A stretch of 64,000 nucleotides of DNA from an uncultured Phycisphaerales bacterium (GCA_963844715.1 CAWJPJ010000004.1:208248-272247); one strand, 5' to 3'. Shown: positions 52,074 through 62,563, counted from the first letter of the stretch. The notes: generated by a model from the sequence alone, not told the origin. Numbers and translations are program-made.

Positions 52074-52306
52074 GGTGAGAATGATTGTAGTGTGGATTCC
52101 ACAAACGACAAACCAGCGGATTTCGCGCGTTTGGGCGGCGAAATCTGCCGAGATTCAGGCGTGCATAATGAAATTGCGTCGTAAAAAGTTGCACGTGCGC
52201 AAAGCGCGGTTCGATAACGTCGGCGCGAAAATGATGTTTAATCTTGCTGGGGCGATGAGCCGAAGATTTGGGGCACGGTTAAAACCTCGCCGGAAGGAGT
52301 CCTTTT

Positions 52307-52486
52307 ATGTCCGTATTAAGCGTTGGAGTAGGATCAACCGCGGCACAAGTCGCGCAGACACAGGCGGCGTCCAAGCAGCAGACGCAGGCGACCGCCACAA
52401 ACCCGAATCAGCCGAAGGATGCAGACGGCGACTTTGACGGAGATGCTCCCGTCAGCGATTCCAAGGGATTGGACATCAAGGGGTAG
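52307..52486 (+). CDS. Small 59-aa protein, not in the ORF track
   Basis: AAGGAG RBS; MSVLSVGVGSTAAQVAQTQAASKQQTQATATNPNQPKDADGDFDGDAPVSDSKGLDIKG; own terminator downstream. Confidence 0.8.
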   Translation: MSVLSVGVGSTAAQVAQTQAASKQQTQATATNPNQPKDADGDFDGDAPVSDSKGLDIKG

Positions 52487-52519
52487 TCCGCCCCGCAGGG
52501 CATTCGCAAGAAGTGTTGG

Positions 52520-52551
52520 ACCGCCGGTGTGAGCCGGCGGTTTCCTTTTTT
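52520..52551 (+). terminator. Intrinsic terminator
   Basis: ACCGCCGG-TGTGAG-CCGGCGGT-TTCCTTTTTT. Confidence 0.82.
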
Positions 52552-52559
52552 GGCGCAAG

Positions 52560-52585
52560 AAAAACCCCGCGATTGCTCGCGGGGT
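52560..52585 (-). terminator. Intrinsic terminator for the SH3 gene
   Basis: Minus strand ACCCCGCGA-GCAA-TCGCGGGGT-TTTT. Confidence 0.78.
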
Positions 52586-52626
52586 GTGGTGATTACATCT
52601 CTTCATGGAGCCAAACGCCTTCAAAA

Positions 52627-53981
52627 TCAATTGTTGCTAAACGTCGCGGAGGCCTGGCGAGCCAGGAGGCTGGGGGGGATGAATTCCGCGGCGACAGTGG
52701 TGTTGACCTTGGCGGGATCGACGGGTTCGATGGCCGACGGCTCAACAACCTTCAGCGCCAGCTGCGGGTCGGTGCTGGCGTCGCCTTTGACGCCAACGAA
52801 CTGGCCCATCAGGCCGGCGACTTTGGAATCGTCGGTGCGAAGGTAGATCACGGTGCGACCGGTCGCGGGATCGGTGAGGCGGTACAGGAGCGTGCCGCCA
52901 AGCTGGAGGCTGCTGGGCTGGAGCGTTCCGACCGCGGTGTAGATTTCCACGTCTTCGGTTTTCAATCGTTCGTTCAATTCCTGCTGCTCGGCTTGAAGAG
53001 CCAGTTCCTTCTGGGCGGCCTGGGCTTCGAGCTTCGCGCCTCAAGCAATTTGGCCTGTGAGTCGGACCGCGCCTGGAGCGTTTCGATGCGGAACTGAACG
53101 ACGGTGCGGAGCGTGTCGGACAAGCCGTCGGCTTTGGCGATGGACTGATATTCGGTGGTGAGCTTGGAGATATCTTGATCCGCCAGGGGCTGTTTGCTCA
53201 CGGTGTCGAATTCAGCTTCGTATTGACCGAAGAGGTCCTCGGCCGAGGGCTGCGGCACGGCGGCGACGGGTTGAGTCGTCGCGCCGGCGGAAGCCTGGGC
53301 GGGCTGAGTGGTCGGGGCGGAGGCAACTTCGATCGACGGCGCGGCGGGCTTCACGGGAGATGCGGGAGCGGTTGGCGTCGGCGTGGCGCTGGCGACGGCA
53401 GCCGGCTGGGTTGTCGGCGTTTCCGTTAGAAGAGGCGCGGGGGCGTTCGAATCGCCGGAGACCGCGCGGACCGGATCGACGAATTCCTTGCTCACGTAGA
53501 GATACGATCCCTGCGGGCATTTGATTTTGAGATACTCGTCTTCCTTGCCGATGATTTGCACTTCGTCACCGGCGTTGAGACGGGTCTGGACGGTCGTCTT
53601 CATCGCGTTAAGGAGGCTGCCGGCGCGGACGTTGACGTCGTTGCGATTGACGCGGCCGACGGAGCCGTCGCCCGAGCGATCGACGAATACGCTGCCGATG
53701 TAGGAGAAGCTTCCTTCGGTCGGGACGATCTTTAGCCAATCGAATTTAATTCCCACGACGGTCACCGAAGCGCCTTTATCGAGCTTTTGGGTTGCGTAAT
53801 AACCCTCACCCGGTCCGCTGCGGACGAAGACGGCGCCGGCGTTGACGACGCCTTCGAACTGATATTTGGAGTTTTCCACCTGCGGGGTTTGTACCGCATC
53901 TTGCGCGAAAGCCGCGGCTGCGGGGATCAATAATGCGAGCGAAGCGGCGAGGGTGGCGAAAATTGAGCGACTGGGGGACAT
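52627..53981 (-). CDS. Secreted tandem SH3b-domain protein (frameshift near 53035)
   Basis: Signal peptide; VFVRSGPG..WLKI and VNVRAGS..YLKI..YVS SH3 repeats; Pro/Ala/Thr linker; C-terminal domain in ORF 52627-52977. Confidence 0.85.
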
Positions 53982-54197
53982 GTCGGCACCTCCGTGTGCA
54001 ACTGTACTGGAAATTCCGTTTACCAGTTTCGCGCACGGCCACCGGCCGGCGCGAGTGTTTTTACAACATCCAGCGGTCAAGAAGATATCTGACCGCGCCG
54101 AAAAGTAAAGGGCGGAGGCAAGATGTGCGCGAAATTCTCACACCGCCCGATTATCGTGACCCGTAAAAAAAGGACGGGTCGAAGGAACAGGTGAGTT

Positions 54198-54425
54198 ATG
54201 ACAGAACAGATCACGTGCCCGCGTTGTGGTAGTCATCGAATTGGGCTGACCCATGTGGTCGAGGGGGAGCATCTCGAGCACGCCAGCGCCGTCTGCCGAA
54301 ACTGCGGGGAAACCTGCGAGGATATGTCCCACGCCGCGCCGGTTCTCCCGCGGCTGGACCGCGTGGTCGGGACGGCGGCGATTATGCTGGTGATCCTCAC
54401 GGCGGCGGGGGGGATGCTGATCTAA
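54198..54425 (+). CDS. Small zinc-ribbon protein with C-terminal TM
   Basis: CPRCGS..CRNCG; hydrophobic tail. Confidence 0.6.
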   Translation: MTEQITCPRCGSHRIGLTHVVEGEHLEHASAVCRNCGETCEDMSHAAPVLPRLDRVVGTAAIMLVILTAAGGMLI

Positions 54426-54435
54426 CAGGAGACCG

Positions 54436-55766
54436 CTACCCCGGATTCAGGGCGTTCAACTCAGTCAGGAACATATCCAGCGCCAGCATAGCTCGGTGCC
54501 TGGGAAGAATTGATTCTCGGAAGGTGAGACCCACTCCAAGCCGGCTCCCAAGGGTGGTCGGTGTGAAGACCAGGGGCGTCATCGGGCCGGTGGGAGCCAC
54601 CCGGATGTAATCGAGCAGCGGGCCGGGGAAATATCGGGCCGGCCAATCGCGATTCAAATTCACATTTGAACAGGCGCCGGTGAGGGCCACGCGCTTGCGG
54701 TATAGCTCAAGGTTCCTTTTGCGATCGAGCCATCGGCTGGCGGCGAGGCCGCCGAGAATGCGGACCCAACTTGATTCAGCGATGCGATTGTGTTTGTGCT
54801 TGCGGGTCTGGCCGGAGATGGTGGTCAGCAATCGCGGCCAGTTTTCCAGATCGTCGGGGCGGCATGCCACGCTGGTAAAACCCAGGAGGAGATTGAACAC
54901 ATCGTGCATGGGGCGCGGGGATTTGGGGCGGAGATCGACGATGGTGCCTATCGCCAGATCGCGGCGTCCCATGCGGGCCCGGGTGGGGACATATTTTCGG
55001 CACACACGGGCGATCGCCGCGAGGAACACGTCATTCACCGTGGCGCCGGCGGCGCGGGCGGCGGGAGCGAGCCGATCGATCAAGCCGTCGTCAGTATTGC
55101 CATGGATAAAACCCGCGGTCATCTGCGCGAACTTTTCGGGGTTCTCGATGCGCTGGACACGTCGGAACTGGCTATGCCAGCGGAGATAGGCCAGCAGCGC
55201 GCCGCCGCCGCCCCAGGAGGCGTGATGCGGGCCGAAGAGTTGGAAGTAACCGGCCCCGTCGGGCGCAGCCGGCGCGGCCGGACGGCGCGGGGATCGAAAA
55301 GGCGGGCGAACCAGTCGTGCATTAGTCTTCGGATCGAGGCGCTGTCGGCGACCCAATGCTGATAGGCGAGGCCGATCCAGGATTGGCCATTCTCGTGAAT
55401 CAGAATGGGGCGAAAGGGGACGGTTTCGCCTTCAAAGGGCCGATTCAGTTCGCCTGTGATCCATTGGTCGATGCTGGTTCCCTCGGGGGCGAGTTGAACG
55501 GAATGTCGTTCGGCCTCGCCATTGAGGCAAGCGTAATGGTACAGATCGCCGGAGAGGCAGATCCGGCCCAGGCCGAGCGATTCGAGCGTTTGCTCCCAGG
55601 CCCGGCGGCAATCGGCCAGATCAACCCGCCCGCCCACGCAGAGGGCCTGCACGCCGTTGTAGGGATGCAGATGCTCCCATTGACGGACCAGGCGCTGGAA
55701 AAGGTTCAGCTTTGCCTTGAGCGGCACGATTTGGGCGGTCCTGATGGGAATGTTCGGCTGCAACAT
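54436..55766 (-). CDS. Stand-alone condensation-domain/CoA-dependent acyltransferase-fold protein (frameshift near 55280)
   Basis: YQHWVADSAS (HxxxDG-like), LNRPF..PFR, ATVNDVFLAA, IVDLRP. Confidence 0.75.
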
Positions 55767-55837
55767 AGAATCGCGGCGGCATTATACGGTGTAAAGCCGC
55801 GAGACTTAATATAAGGGGAATTCCGATCGAGTGGCAG

Positions 55838-56821
55838 TCAGGATTTCACATCAAATTTGCGCAATGCGCGAAAAATCCGGTCGCGGACGGCGTGCCAGGC
55901 GGGGGCATCGGGCGGATTCTCGATCCAAATCGAGTCTGCATGACTTGCGTCCGCTTCATGAAGGACGGCGTAAAGGCGGTGCGCGTATTCCTCGGGGGTG
56001 CCGGGCATTTCGACGATTTTTGCCGTGGGGGGAAATTCGGCGCGGGCCGGGGATTGATGCAGCACAATGGCGATGATCTTGTGGCCCGATTGGCGGGAAA
56101 TCGCGGTGCGCAGACTGGCGGGGGAGTCAAATCGATAACAAGGAGTTTTTGGCGAATAGTGGACCGCCTGCCGGCCGGGGCTGGCGGCGGGTTGGGATGC
56201 GTCGGTCGTCGAGCGGACGAATTTGATCGGGCCGATGATGGCTTCGATTTGTGCCTGATCGATCGCGCCGGGGCGGAGGATGCGCGGGGTATCGGCGCTG
56301 AGGTCCACGACAGTTGATTCGATTCCCACGCGGCAGGGGCCGCCATCGAGGATCAGATCGACGTGATCCCCAAGCTGGTCGGCGACGTGTTGGGCGGTAG
56401 TCGGACTGATGCGCGTGGAGCGATTGGCGCTTGGGGCGGCGATGGGGCCGTCGAATTCTCTGAGGAGCGATTGAGCGAGGGGGTGATCGGGGGAGCGCAA
56501 GGCTACCGTGGATAATCCGGCGGTGGCTTCGTCCACGATTTGCGGATTTTTTTCGACGACGAGGGTGATCGGGCCTGGCCAAAGTTTTGCGGCTAATTTT
56601 TCCGCGGCGGGGGGCCAGACGCGGGCCCATCGCCGGGCGCCGGTTGCATCGGGGACGTGGACGATGAGGGGATTGGTTGGGGGGCGGCCTTTGATTTGGA
56701 AGATTTTTTTCACGGCCGCGGAATTGGTGGCGTCGGCGCCGAGGCCATAGACGGTTTCCGTTGGGAAGGAGACGACGCCGCCGGCGCGCAGAATTTCCAC
56801 GGCTCGCTCGATCGACTTCAT
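55838..56821 (-). CDS. sua5: L-threonylcarbamoyladenylate synthase (Sua5-type)
   Basis: FPTETVYGLGADA, KGRPPTNPLIVH, AAPSAN, GIESTV, SPG..HYSP. Confidence 0.95.
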   Translation of the reverse strand: MKSIERAVEILRAGGVVSFPTETVYGLGADATNSAAVKKIFQIKGRPPTNPLIVHVPDATGARRWARVWPPAAEKLAAKLWPGPITLVVEKNPQIVDEATAGLSTVALRSPDHPLAQSLLREFDGPIAAPSANRSTRISPTTAQHVADQLGDHVDLILDGGPCRVGIESTVVDLSADTPRILRPGAIDQAQIEAIIGPIKFVRSTTDASQPAASPGRQAVHYSPKTPCYRFDSPASLRTAISRQSGHKIIAIVLHQSPARAEFPPTAKIVEMPGTPEEYAHRLYAVLHEADASHADSIWIENPPDAPAWHAVRDRIFRALRKFDVKS

Positions 56822-57120
56822 GGTTTGCCCTCTTCTTCCGGCTTGGCGATGTCCGAATCAATGAGCCATCGACGGGCCTTTTCGGCATCGGAGCAGATCA
56901 GGAATACCTCCTGGACTGTTCCGGTGGCGGTATAGAGGCATTTCAGACCGGCGGGCGTGGGGTACTGGATTTTGAAGCTGGGGGCGGTTTTTCCACGGCG
57001 GACTTTGATCCGGCCGGGAACGATGCGGGAAACGAACGGGCATTCGGCGACGATGCGATCGAGGATTTTGTCGAGGCCGCCGACGCGGCCATGCTGACGC
57101 TTGATGCGGCCGAATTTCAT
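56818..57120 (-). CDS. DUF2103-family small protein
   Basis: KRQHGRVGGL..IVPGRI..TPAGLKC..GTVQEVFL. Confidence 0.72.
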   Translation of the reverse strand: MKFGRIKRQHGRVGGLDKILDRIVAECPFVSRIVPGRIKVRRGKTAPSFKIQYPTPAGLKCLYTATGTVQEVFLICSDAEKARRWLIDSDIAKPEEEGKP

Positions 57121-57170
57121 GGGGGGATTGTATGGGCGCCCGTCCAAGAGACGAAGAGAGCGGCTCTTTA

Positions 57171-57201
57171 ACCGGCAACCGGCAACTCGCAACTGGCAAC
57201 T
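57171..57201. repeat. Short heptamer tandem (GGCAACY)
   Basis: ACCGGCAACCGGCAACTCGCAACTGGCAACT; related ACCGGCAACTGGCAAC near 59126. Confidence 0.6.
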
Positions 57202-57274
57202 TCTCTGCCCCATTTGAGCTTTCCGTTGTCTCGGTCTAAGATTTCGCTCCCACTTACATTAGAGGAGAAGAGTC

Positions 57275-57745
57275 ATGGATAATGCTGCGTTGAAGGTCGG
57301 TGAGGCCGCTCCGGAATTCGAGCTGATGAATCAGACTAAGAACAAAGTGAAACTTTCCGATTTCCGCGGGAAGAAAAAAGTCGTGCTTTTGTTTTATCCG
57401 ATGGATTTCAGCCCGGTTTGCACGCAGGAACACTGCGAATTTGGCCCGAATCTGGGGAAGATCGTCAAGGATGATCAGACGGTTATCTTCGGCGTAAGCT
57501 GCGACAGCCCGTTCTGTCATGACGCGTTTCAGAAGGCGTATAAGATTCCGTACGACCTGCTGGCGGACCCGACGCGCAAGATGGCCAAGGCTTATGGGAT
57601 GTGGGCGGGGGAAGAGCCGTACAATTGCACGAAGCGCGGGACGGTGGTGGTCGGCAAGGATGGAAAGATTGCATTTTATAAGGAACAGCCGACGCTCAAG
57701 GACGCGCGGAGCGTCGAGGACGTGGCGAAAGCCGCTTCGGCTTAA
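57275..57745 (+). CDS. Peroxiredoxin (AhpC/TSA; BCP/AhpE-like)
   Basis: FYPMDFSPVCTQEHC, GVSCD, LLAD, KRGTVVV. Confidence 0.92.
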   Translation: MDNAALKVGEAAPEFELMNQTKNKVKLSDFRGKKKVVLLFYPMDFSPVCTQEHCEFGPNLGKIVKDDQTVIFGVSCDSPFCHDAFQKAYKIPYDLLADPTRKMAKAYGMWAGEEPYNCTKRGTVVVGKDGKIAFYKEQPTLKDARSVEDVAKAASA

Positions 57746-58828
57746 TGGCTCGCGTCGGCCCCATTCAACTTTCGCAACCGATCTGTCAGGCCGGGCTGGC
57801 TGGTTATAGCGATCGCGCCATGCGCCTGGTGGCCCGGCGGCGGGGGTGTCCCTACGCGGTCTCCGAAGCGTTGCTGGATGTCATTCTTTGCAACGGCGGG
57901 CAGGGACTTAAGAATTCCATTGACATCAACGACGAAGATCACCCGATCGCGGGGCAAATCATCGGGAGCGAAGCGGAGACCATGGCGCGGGCGGCGCGGA
58001 TTCTGGCGGACGCCGGGTATGACGTGATCGATCTGAACTTCGCCTGCCCGGTCAAGAAGATCAAGAACAAAGCGCGCGGCGGGCACATGCTGGCGGAGGT
58101 TTCGCGCGGAATCGAGATCGTTCAGCGCGTGCGCGAGGCGATTGGGGATGAGAAGCCGATTACCGTGAGTCTGCGGCGGGCGTTTGACGAGTCTTCGGAA
58201 TCGCGGGATCGATTTTTCCAACTGATCGATGGGTGCTGGGCGCTTGGGTGCGAGGCCGTTCGCGTGCATGGGCGCACAGTCGAGCAAAAATATAACGGGC
58301 GGGCGTCGTGGGTTTTTTTGCGCGAGTTAAAGATCGCGTATCCGGGCAAGACGATCTTTGGCAGCGGGGATGTCTTTACGGCGCGCGATGCGGTCGGTCT
58401 GCTGAACGAGACGGGTGCCGATGTGGCCTGGATTGCGCGCGGGGCGATTGGGAACCCGTGGATTTTTGCGCAGATTGCTCAATTGCTGGCCGATCCGGAT
58501 GCGCAACTATCGCCGCCGACGATTTTCGAGCAGCGCGGCGCTGGCGGAGCATTTTGGAATCGCGATGACGATTCACGGCGAGCAACTAGCCGGGCGGCGG
58601 ATGCGGAAAATGGGGATCAAATACAGCCGATTTCATCCGGCGGCGAACGAAGTGAAGCGGGATTTCATCGCCATTCACAGTTTACGGGATTGGGAAGCGG
58701 TGTTGGATCGGTGGTATCGCGTCGACGGGAGCGGGGTGATGCCGGCGGATGATGCGGCGGACGAAGTGAACTGCGAAAGCCCGAATGACGAAACCAGAAT
58801 CCCGAATCAATTCCAAATGACCGAATGA
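57745..58828 (+). CDS. dus: tRNA-dihydrouridine synthase (frameshift near 58535)
   Basis: IDLNFACPVKK, VHGRT, GSGDV, ARGAIGNPWIF. Confidence 0.93.
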
Positions 58829-58830
58829 CG
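58774..58830. repeat. Heptamer repeat half-copy embedded in the dus 3' end
   Basis: CGAAAGCCCGAATGACGAAACCAGAATCCCGAATCAATTCCAAATGACCGAATGACG. Confidence 0.7.
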
Positions 58831-59091
58831 CGAAGCGCTCCACGCAATCGACTGGCCAAACCTTTGCCTGAAGAGTGGCGGAAATTCCTGATTTCCCGCG
58901 GGGTTCCGAAGAGGAAATATACCGCCGTTTGCAAAACGACTCTGGCCGACGGGCGGGTGATCGAGGAATTGATCGTCGAAGAGGGGTGGGTTATCGCGCT
59001 GGGGAAAGAGGGGCTATCGGGGATCTTCGAGGAGCGGATTGATTTTGACCCGCGAATGATTGTGGCGATTGAGTTGCTGCAGGTCGTCTAA
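58825..59091 (+). CDS. Hypothetical protein
   Basis: 88-aa ORF with protein-like composition, ATGA-coupled to dus. Confidence 0.65.
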   Translation: MTRSAPRNRLAKPLPEEWRKFLISRGVPKRKYTAVCKTTLADGRVIEELIVEEGWVIALGKEGLSGIFEERIDFDPRMIVAIELLQVV

Positions 59092-59199
59092 AGAAAATCA
59101 CGGACTGCCTGCAAAATATGCCTTTACCGGCAACTGGCAACACGCAGCGACCATTTCACCGGTCCGCCGTTTCCTTCACGATTTTTCTGCGCTGGGACG

Positions 59200-59773
59200 T
59201 TATGTGGGGGAGGGGGCGCAAGCTTCGCGGGAGTCGTTGATCGCCTTGAGGAGTTTTTGGGGATCGTCGGAGCCTAGGAGGAGGCCTTTGCCGTCTTGGA
59301 TAAGAATGGCAACGCCCGAGCCATCGGCCATCACCAGGATCCAACCTGTCGTCGACGTTATCAGTTGGAATTTTTTTTGTCGCGGGGATGCGGAGACGGG
59401 GAATGCCCGGTGCGATCAGCTGCCAATTCTTGTACAAATCACAGCGCGTTACAATCGCCCAGGAGATAGTCCGAGACCAAAACGCCAGTCCGACAACGGA
59501 GACGCGCACCTCGATCCGATCGTTGAAGACCCGCACGGTTGATCGGGCGGTGGCCGATACGATAAACGGCAGCGTTCCGAGAATTGCAACAAAATATAGC
59601 GCAACAATTCGCGAAGGCGGCCCGCGGCTTATAAGAACGACGATAAAATGCAGGGCAAGTACCGAGACCACGAGGACTATCGCCAGCGAAATCATCACCG
59701 CGTACGTAGTCCTTGGGATACGGCGGACTTCTATCCAGCGCGGCGATTCGTAGGTGAGGGCAATCGGCACCAC
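59200..59773 (-). CDS. Membrane protein with bacterial PH-like C-terminus (frameshift in A-run near 59375)
   Basis: Two TMs, VRVFNDRIEVR; corrected end GVAILIQDGKGLLLGSDDPQKLLKAIN. Confidence 0.65.
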
Positions 59774-59783
59774 AATGCTCTGG

Positions 59784-59990
59784 TTAATTGGCGCGGCGAC
59801 GGGCTGAGGCCCTCCTAGGTTTGCGAGGCGCTTTGGAGTTGGGATTTAGATTGACCACCCGGCCGTTTTGCCACACATAAAAAGGAGTTCGCGTCGCGAT
59901 CGCCAGCGCCTTGGCCCGCTTGGCGGCGCGGCGCAGAGCGGGCAGAGATCCGAGAATGTCGGGATCTTTGGTATTAAACTTTGGCTTCAC
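59784..59990 (-). CDS. Small basic hypothetical protein
   Basis: GGAGG RBS; ALRRAAKRAKALAIATRTPFYVWQNGRVV. Confidence 0.65.
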   Translation of the reverse strand: MKPKFNTKDPDILGSLPALRRAAKRAKALAIATRTPFYVWQNGRVVNLNPNSKAPRKPRRASARRRAN

Positions 59991-60065
59991 TCTTGGCCCT
60001 CCAGGCGGGCGAATCGCGGTAGTGGCTCGCGGCGAAACCCTAAACCGCGCGGGCGCAATCTGTTA

Positions 60066-60166
60066 TTCACCGCCCGCTTCGCTGGAGATCGCAGAGAACG
60101 CGGAGGGGAAACAAAAAATAGTTCTGTTTGCATTTTCTCCGCGCTCTCTGCGTGCTCCGCGGTGAA
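60066..60166. repeat. ACCGC(A/G)GAG-type palindromic repeat
   Basis: TTCACCGC..CGCAGAGAACGCGGAG ... CTCCGCGCTCTCTGCGTGCTCCGCGGTGAA. Confidence 0.75.
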
Positions 60167-60172
60167 AAAATT

Positions 60173-60595
60173 TTATCCGCCGGTTCGTCGTGGTACGCCT
60201 CGGCGCGTCGGGTCGCCGCCGCCTATGGTTTGGTCGCGGCCTACCTGTTTTCCGCCGGCGAAGGGAATGGAGGATTTTTTGGGCTCTTTGGAGCCGAGTT
60301 TGTCGAGCAGGCCGCCCATGATTTGGGAGTGGGGTTTATTCAGCGCGCCTTTTAGATTTCGGAACATCGCGGATTCTGGCTGGGGCGTGCCGCCCGCGGC
60401 GGCGGGGGGCTGGGCGGCATTTTGGGCGACCATCGCGGCGGCGTGGGCGGCGGAGGCGGCGGGATTGATGCCCGGGACGCCCGATGGCGCGGGAGGGGCG
60501 GCCGCCTTCTTCTCGGCGGGTTTCTCCGCCTTGGCTTTGGTTGTTGGAGCGGTTCTGGTGGGATTCGATTTGGCTGGTTTTTTGGGTGCTGGCAT
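60173..60595 (-). CDS. Lys/Ala/Pro-rich hypothetical protein
   Basis: 140-aa ORF; TAGAAT 7 nt upstream of ATG. Confidence 0.7.
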   Translation of the reverse strand: MPAPKKPAKSNPTRTAPTTKAKAEKPAEKKAAAPPAPSGVPGINPAASAAHAAAMVAQNAAQPPAAAGGTPQPESAMFRNLKGALNKPHSQIMGGLLDKLGSKEPKKSSIPFAGGKQVGRDQTIGGGDPTRRGVPRRTGG

Positions 60596-60614
60596 GGGGA
60601 GTATTCTACAGAAG

Positions 60615-61714
60615 TTAGAGATTTTCTAAACGTTGTTGCTTGTCCAATTCCAGAAGCGCGTCCAGGAGGGGATCGAGCTGGCCTTGCATGATCTGCTCGA
60701 GGTTGAAATTCTTTTCCCCGCCGCCCTCGCCGCCCAGGCGATGGTCGGTGCAGCGATTTTGGGGGAAATTGTAGGTGCGGATGCGCTGGCTGCGGTCGCC
60801 GGAGCCCATCATGGCCTTGCGGGCGCTGGTCATCGCGGCATGTTGCTTGGATTGCTCGGCCTCATAAAGCGTGGCCCGAAGCAGGGCCCAGGCGCGCTCC
60901 TTGTTCTGGGTCTGGCTCTTGTGCTCGGTCATTTTGAATTGCAGGCCGGAGGGTTTGTGGAGAATTCTCCAGCCGGTTTCGACTTTGTTGACGTTTTGCC
61001 CGCCGGGGCCGCCGCCTCGGCAGCCGAACTCTTCGACGTCTTTCGGATTGATTTCAATTTTGACGTCGGGCATTTCGGGGAGGACCGCCACGGTTGCGGC
61101 GCTGGTGTGGACGCGCCCTGCGCTTCGGTTTCCGGGACGCGCTGGACGCGATGGCCGCCGCCCTCGAATCTCAATCTTCGAAACGCGCCGGGCCCGCGGA
61201 TGTTGACGATCATTTCCTTAAAGCCCCCGCGATCGCTGGTCGAAAAATCGCTGACGTCGAAACGCCACTTTTTCGTTTCGACATAACGCCGATACATTTC
61301 ATAAAGATCGCGGGCGAACAGTGCGGCTTCTTCGCCGCCAGTTCCGGCGCGAATCTCGAGGAAAAAGGAATCGACGGCGTTGTCCTCGGCGGCGAGGAGC
61401 TGATCGGTCAGGGAATCCAGCAAGCGCGTCTCTTCCGTCTGGGCGGAACTCAGTTCCGCGCCGGCGAGTTGCGCCATCTCCGGGTCCTTTTGATCGCCGG
61501 CCATTTTTTTCAGGTCCTCGACGGATTGCCGGGCTTTTAAATATTGGTCGAACTCCGTGACGATCGGCTCGAGCCGGCCGGCCTCGCGGCTGGCGGGAAC
61601 CAAAAGCTGGGGATTGGACAGGACCGAAGGATCGTTCAGCGAAGCCTGAAGCTGCTGATACCTTTCCCGCATTTCCTGAAGCCGGCGAACAAGAGGGGAT
61701 TGAACGGCTGACAT
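60615..61714 (-). CDS. prfA: Peptide chain release factor 1 (frameshift near 61115)
   Basis: LEIRAGTGGEEAALF, HRVQRVPETE (PxT motif), GPGGQNVNK, GSGDRSQRIRTYNFPQNR. Confidence 0.95.
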
Positions 61715-61771
61715 GTGCGATTTCCGAATGAGACGAGGGAAAGACCCGGGACGCGAAAAGGTTCGCGGTAG

Positions 61772-62563
61772 CTACTGGGCCTGTTCGGAAGTGGGGGACT
61801 CGACGAGTTGGATGGAGTCTTCCTTGTTGATCGGCGCTTCGGGAAAGCGGATGGTCGGCAATCGCGAGACCGCCTGTCGCAGCGCCGCCTGCCAGCGCTG
61901 GGCGATTTTCGCCAGGTCCGGATCGTCGGCCATGAAACGGCGCTGGTGGGTAATCGTCAATTGATCGGTTTCGTAAGCCAGCAAATCAATCGGTGGGCCG
62001 ACCGTCACGTTGGATTTCATCGTCGAATCAAGCGAGAGCAGCGCGTACTTCGCCGCCTCCTCAAGGCTGGTTTTGTCGAAGCGAATTCCGCGATCGAGGA
62101 TCGGACGGCCATATTTGGTCTCGCCGATCTGAAGATAGGGGGATTCCTCGGTTGCCTGGAGGGGGTTGCCTTGGGGGTAGATGAGGATGAGGGCGGGTTT
62201 TTCGCCGCGGACTTGGCCGCCCATGAGCAGATGGACATTGAACTTATAATCGTCGCGCTCGAGCGGTCCGCGATCCATGTCGGCGACGCGGCGCACTTCG
62301 TTCCCGATGATGCGGGCGGCATCGTACATCCCGCTGGCTTTGGCGAGACCTTCGCCCTTGTCGAAGTCTCGTGAGAGCAGGGTCATCACCGATTGCGTGC
62401 AAGAAAGGCTCCCGCTGGCGAGGAGGATGAAAACCCGCTCGCCGCGCTGGCAGAAGGTGTACATCTTCCGGCAGGTGTTGACCTGGTCGTATCCCGCGTT
62501 GGTGCGGGAATCCGAGGCCATCACCAGGCCGAATTTCGTCATAATGCCCAGACAATACGTCAT
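61772..62563 (-). CDS. Anbu proteasome-type (Ntn-hydrolase) protease
   Basis: MTYCLG..ASDSRTNAGYDQ..RKM, IYPQGN, QIGETKYGRPILDR, SLDSTMKSNVTVGPPID. Confidence 0.92.
   Translation of the reverse strand: MTYCLGIMTKFGLVMASDSRTNAGYDQVNTCRKMYTFCQRGERVFILLASGSLSCTQSVMTLLSRDFDKGEGLAKASGMYDAARIIGNEVRRVADMDRGPLERDDYKFNVHLLMGGQVRGEKPALILIYPQGNPLQATEESPYLQIGETKYGRPILDRGIRFDKTSLEEAAKYALLSLDSTMKSNVTVGPPIDLLAYETDQLTITHQRRFMADDPDLAKIAQRWQAALRQAVSRLPTIRFPEAPINKEDSIQLVESPTSEQAQ

Noticed and set aside
61080..61140. Programmed frameshift in the release factor gene
   Set aside because: The protein is RF1 (PxT motif), and the break is mid-gene without the CTT-TGA slippery site of prfB. It fits the general indel noise.
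1052..61714. More than 20 frameshifted genes suggesting mass pseudogenisation or phase variation
   Set aside because: The breaks hit essential or core genes (pdhA, pdhC, prfA, ispE, rsmA, hisD, leuA), look like small indels, and both halves keep intact motifs. This is typical of uncorrected long-read error.
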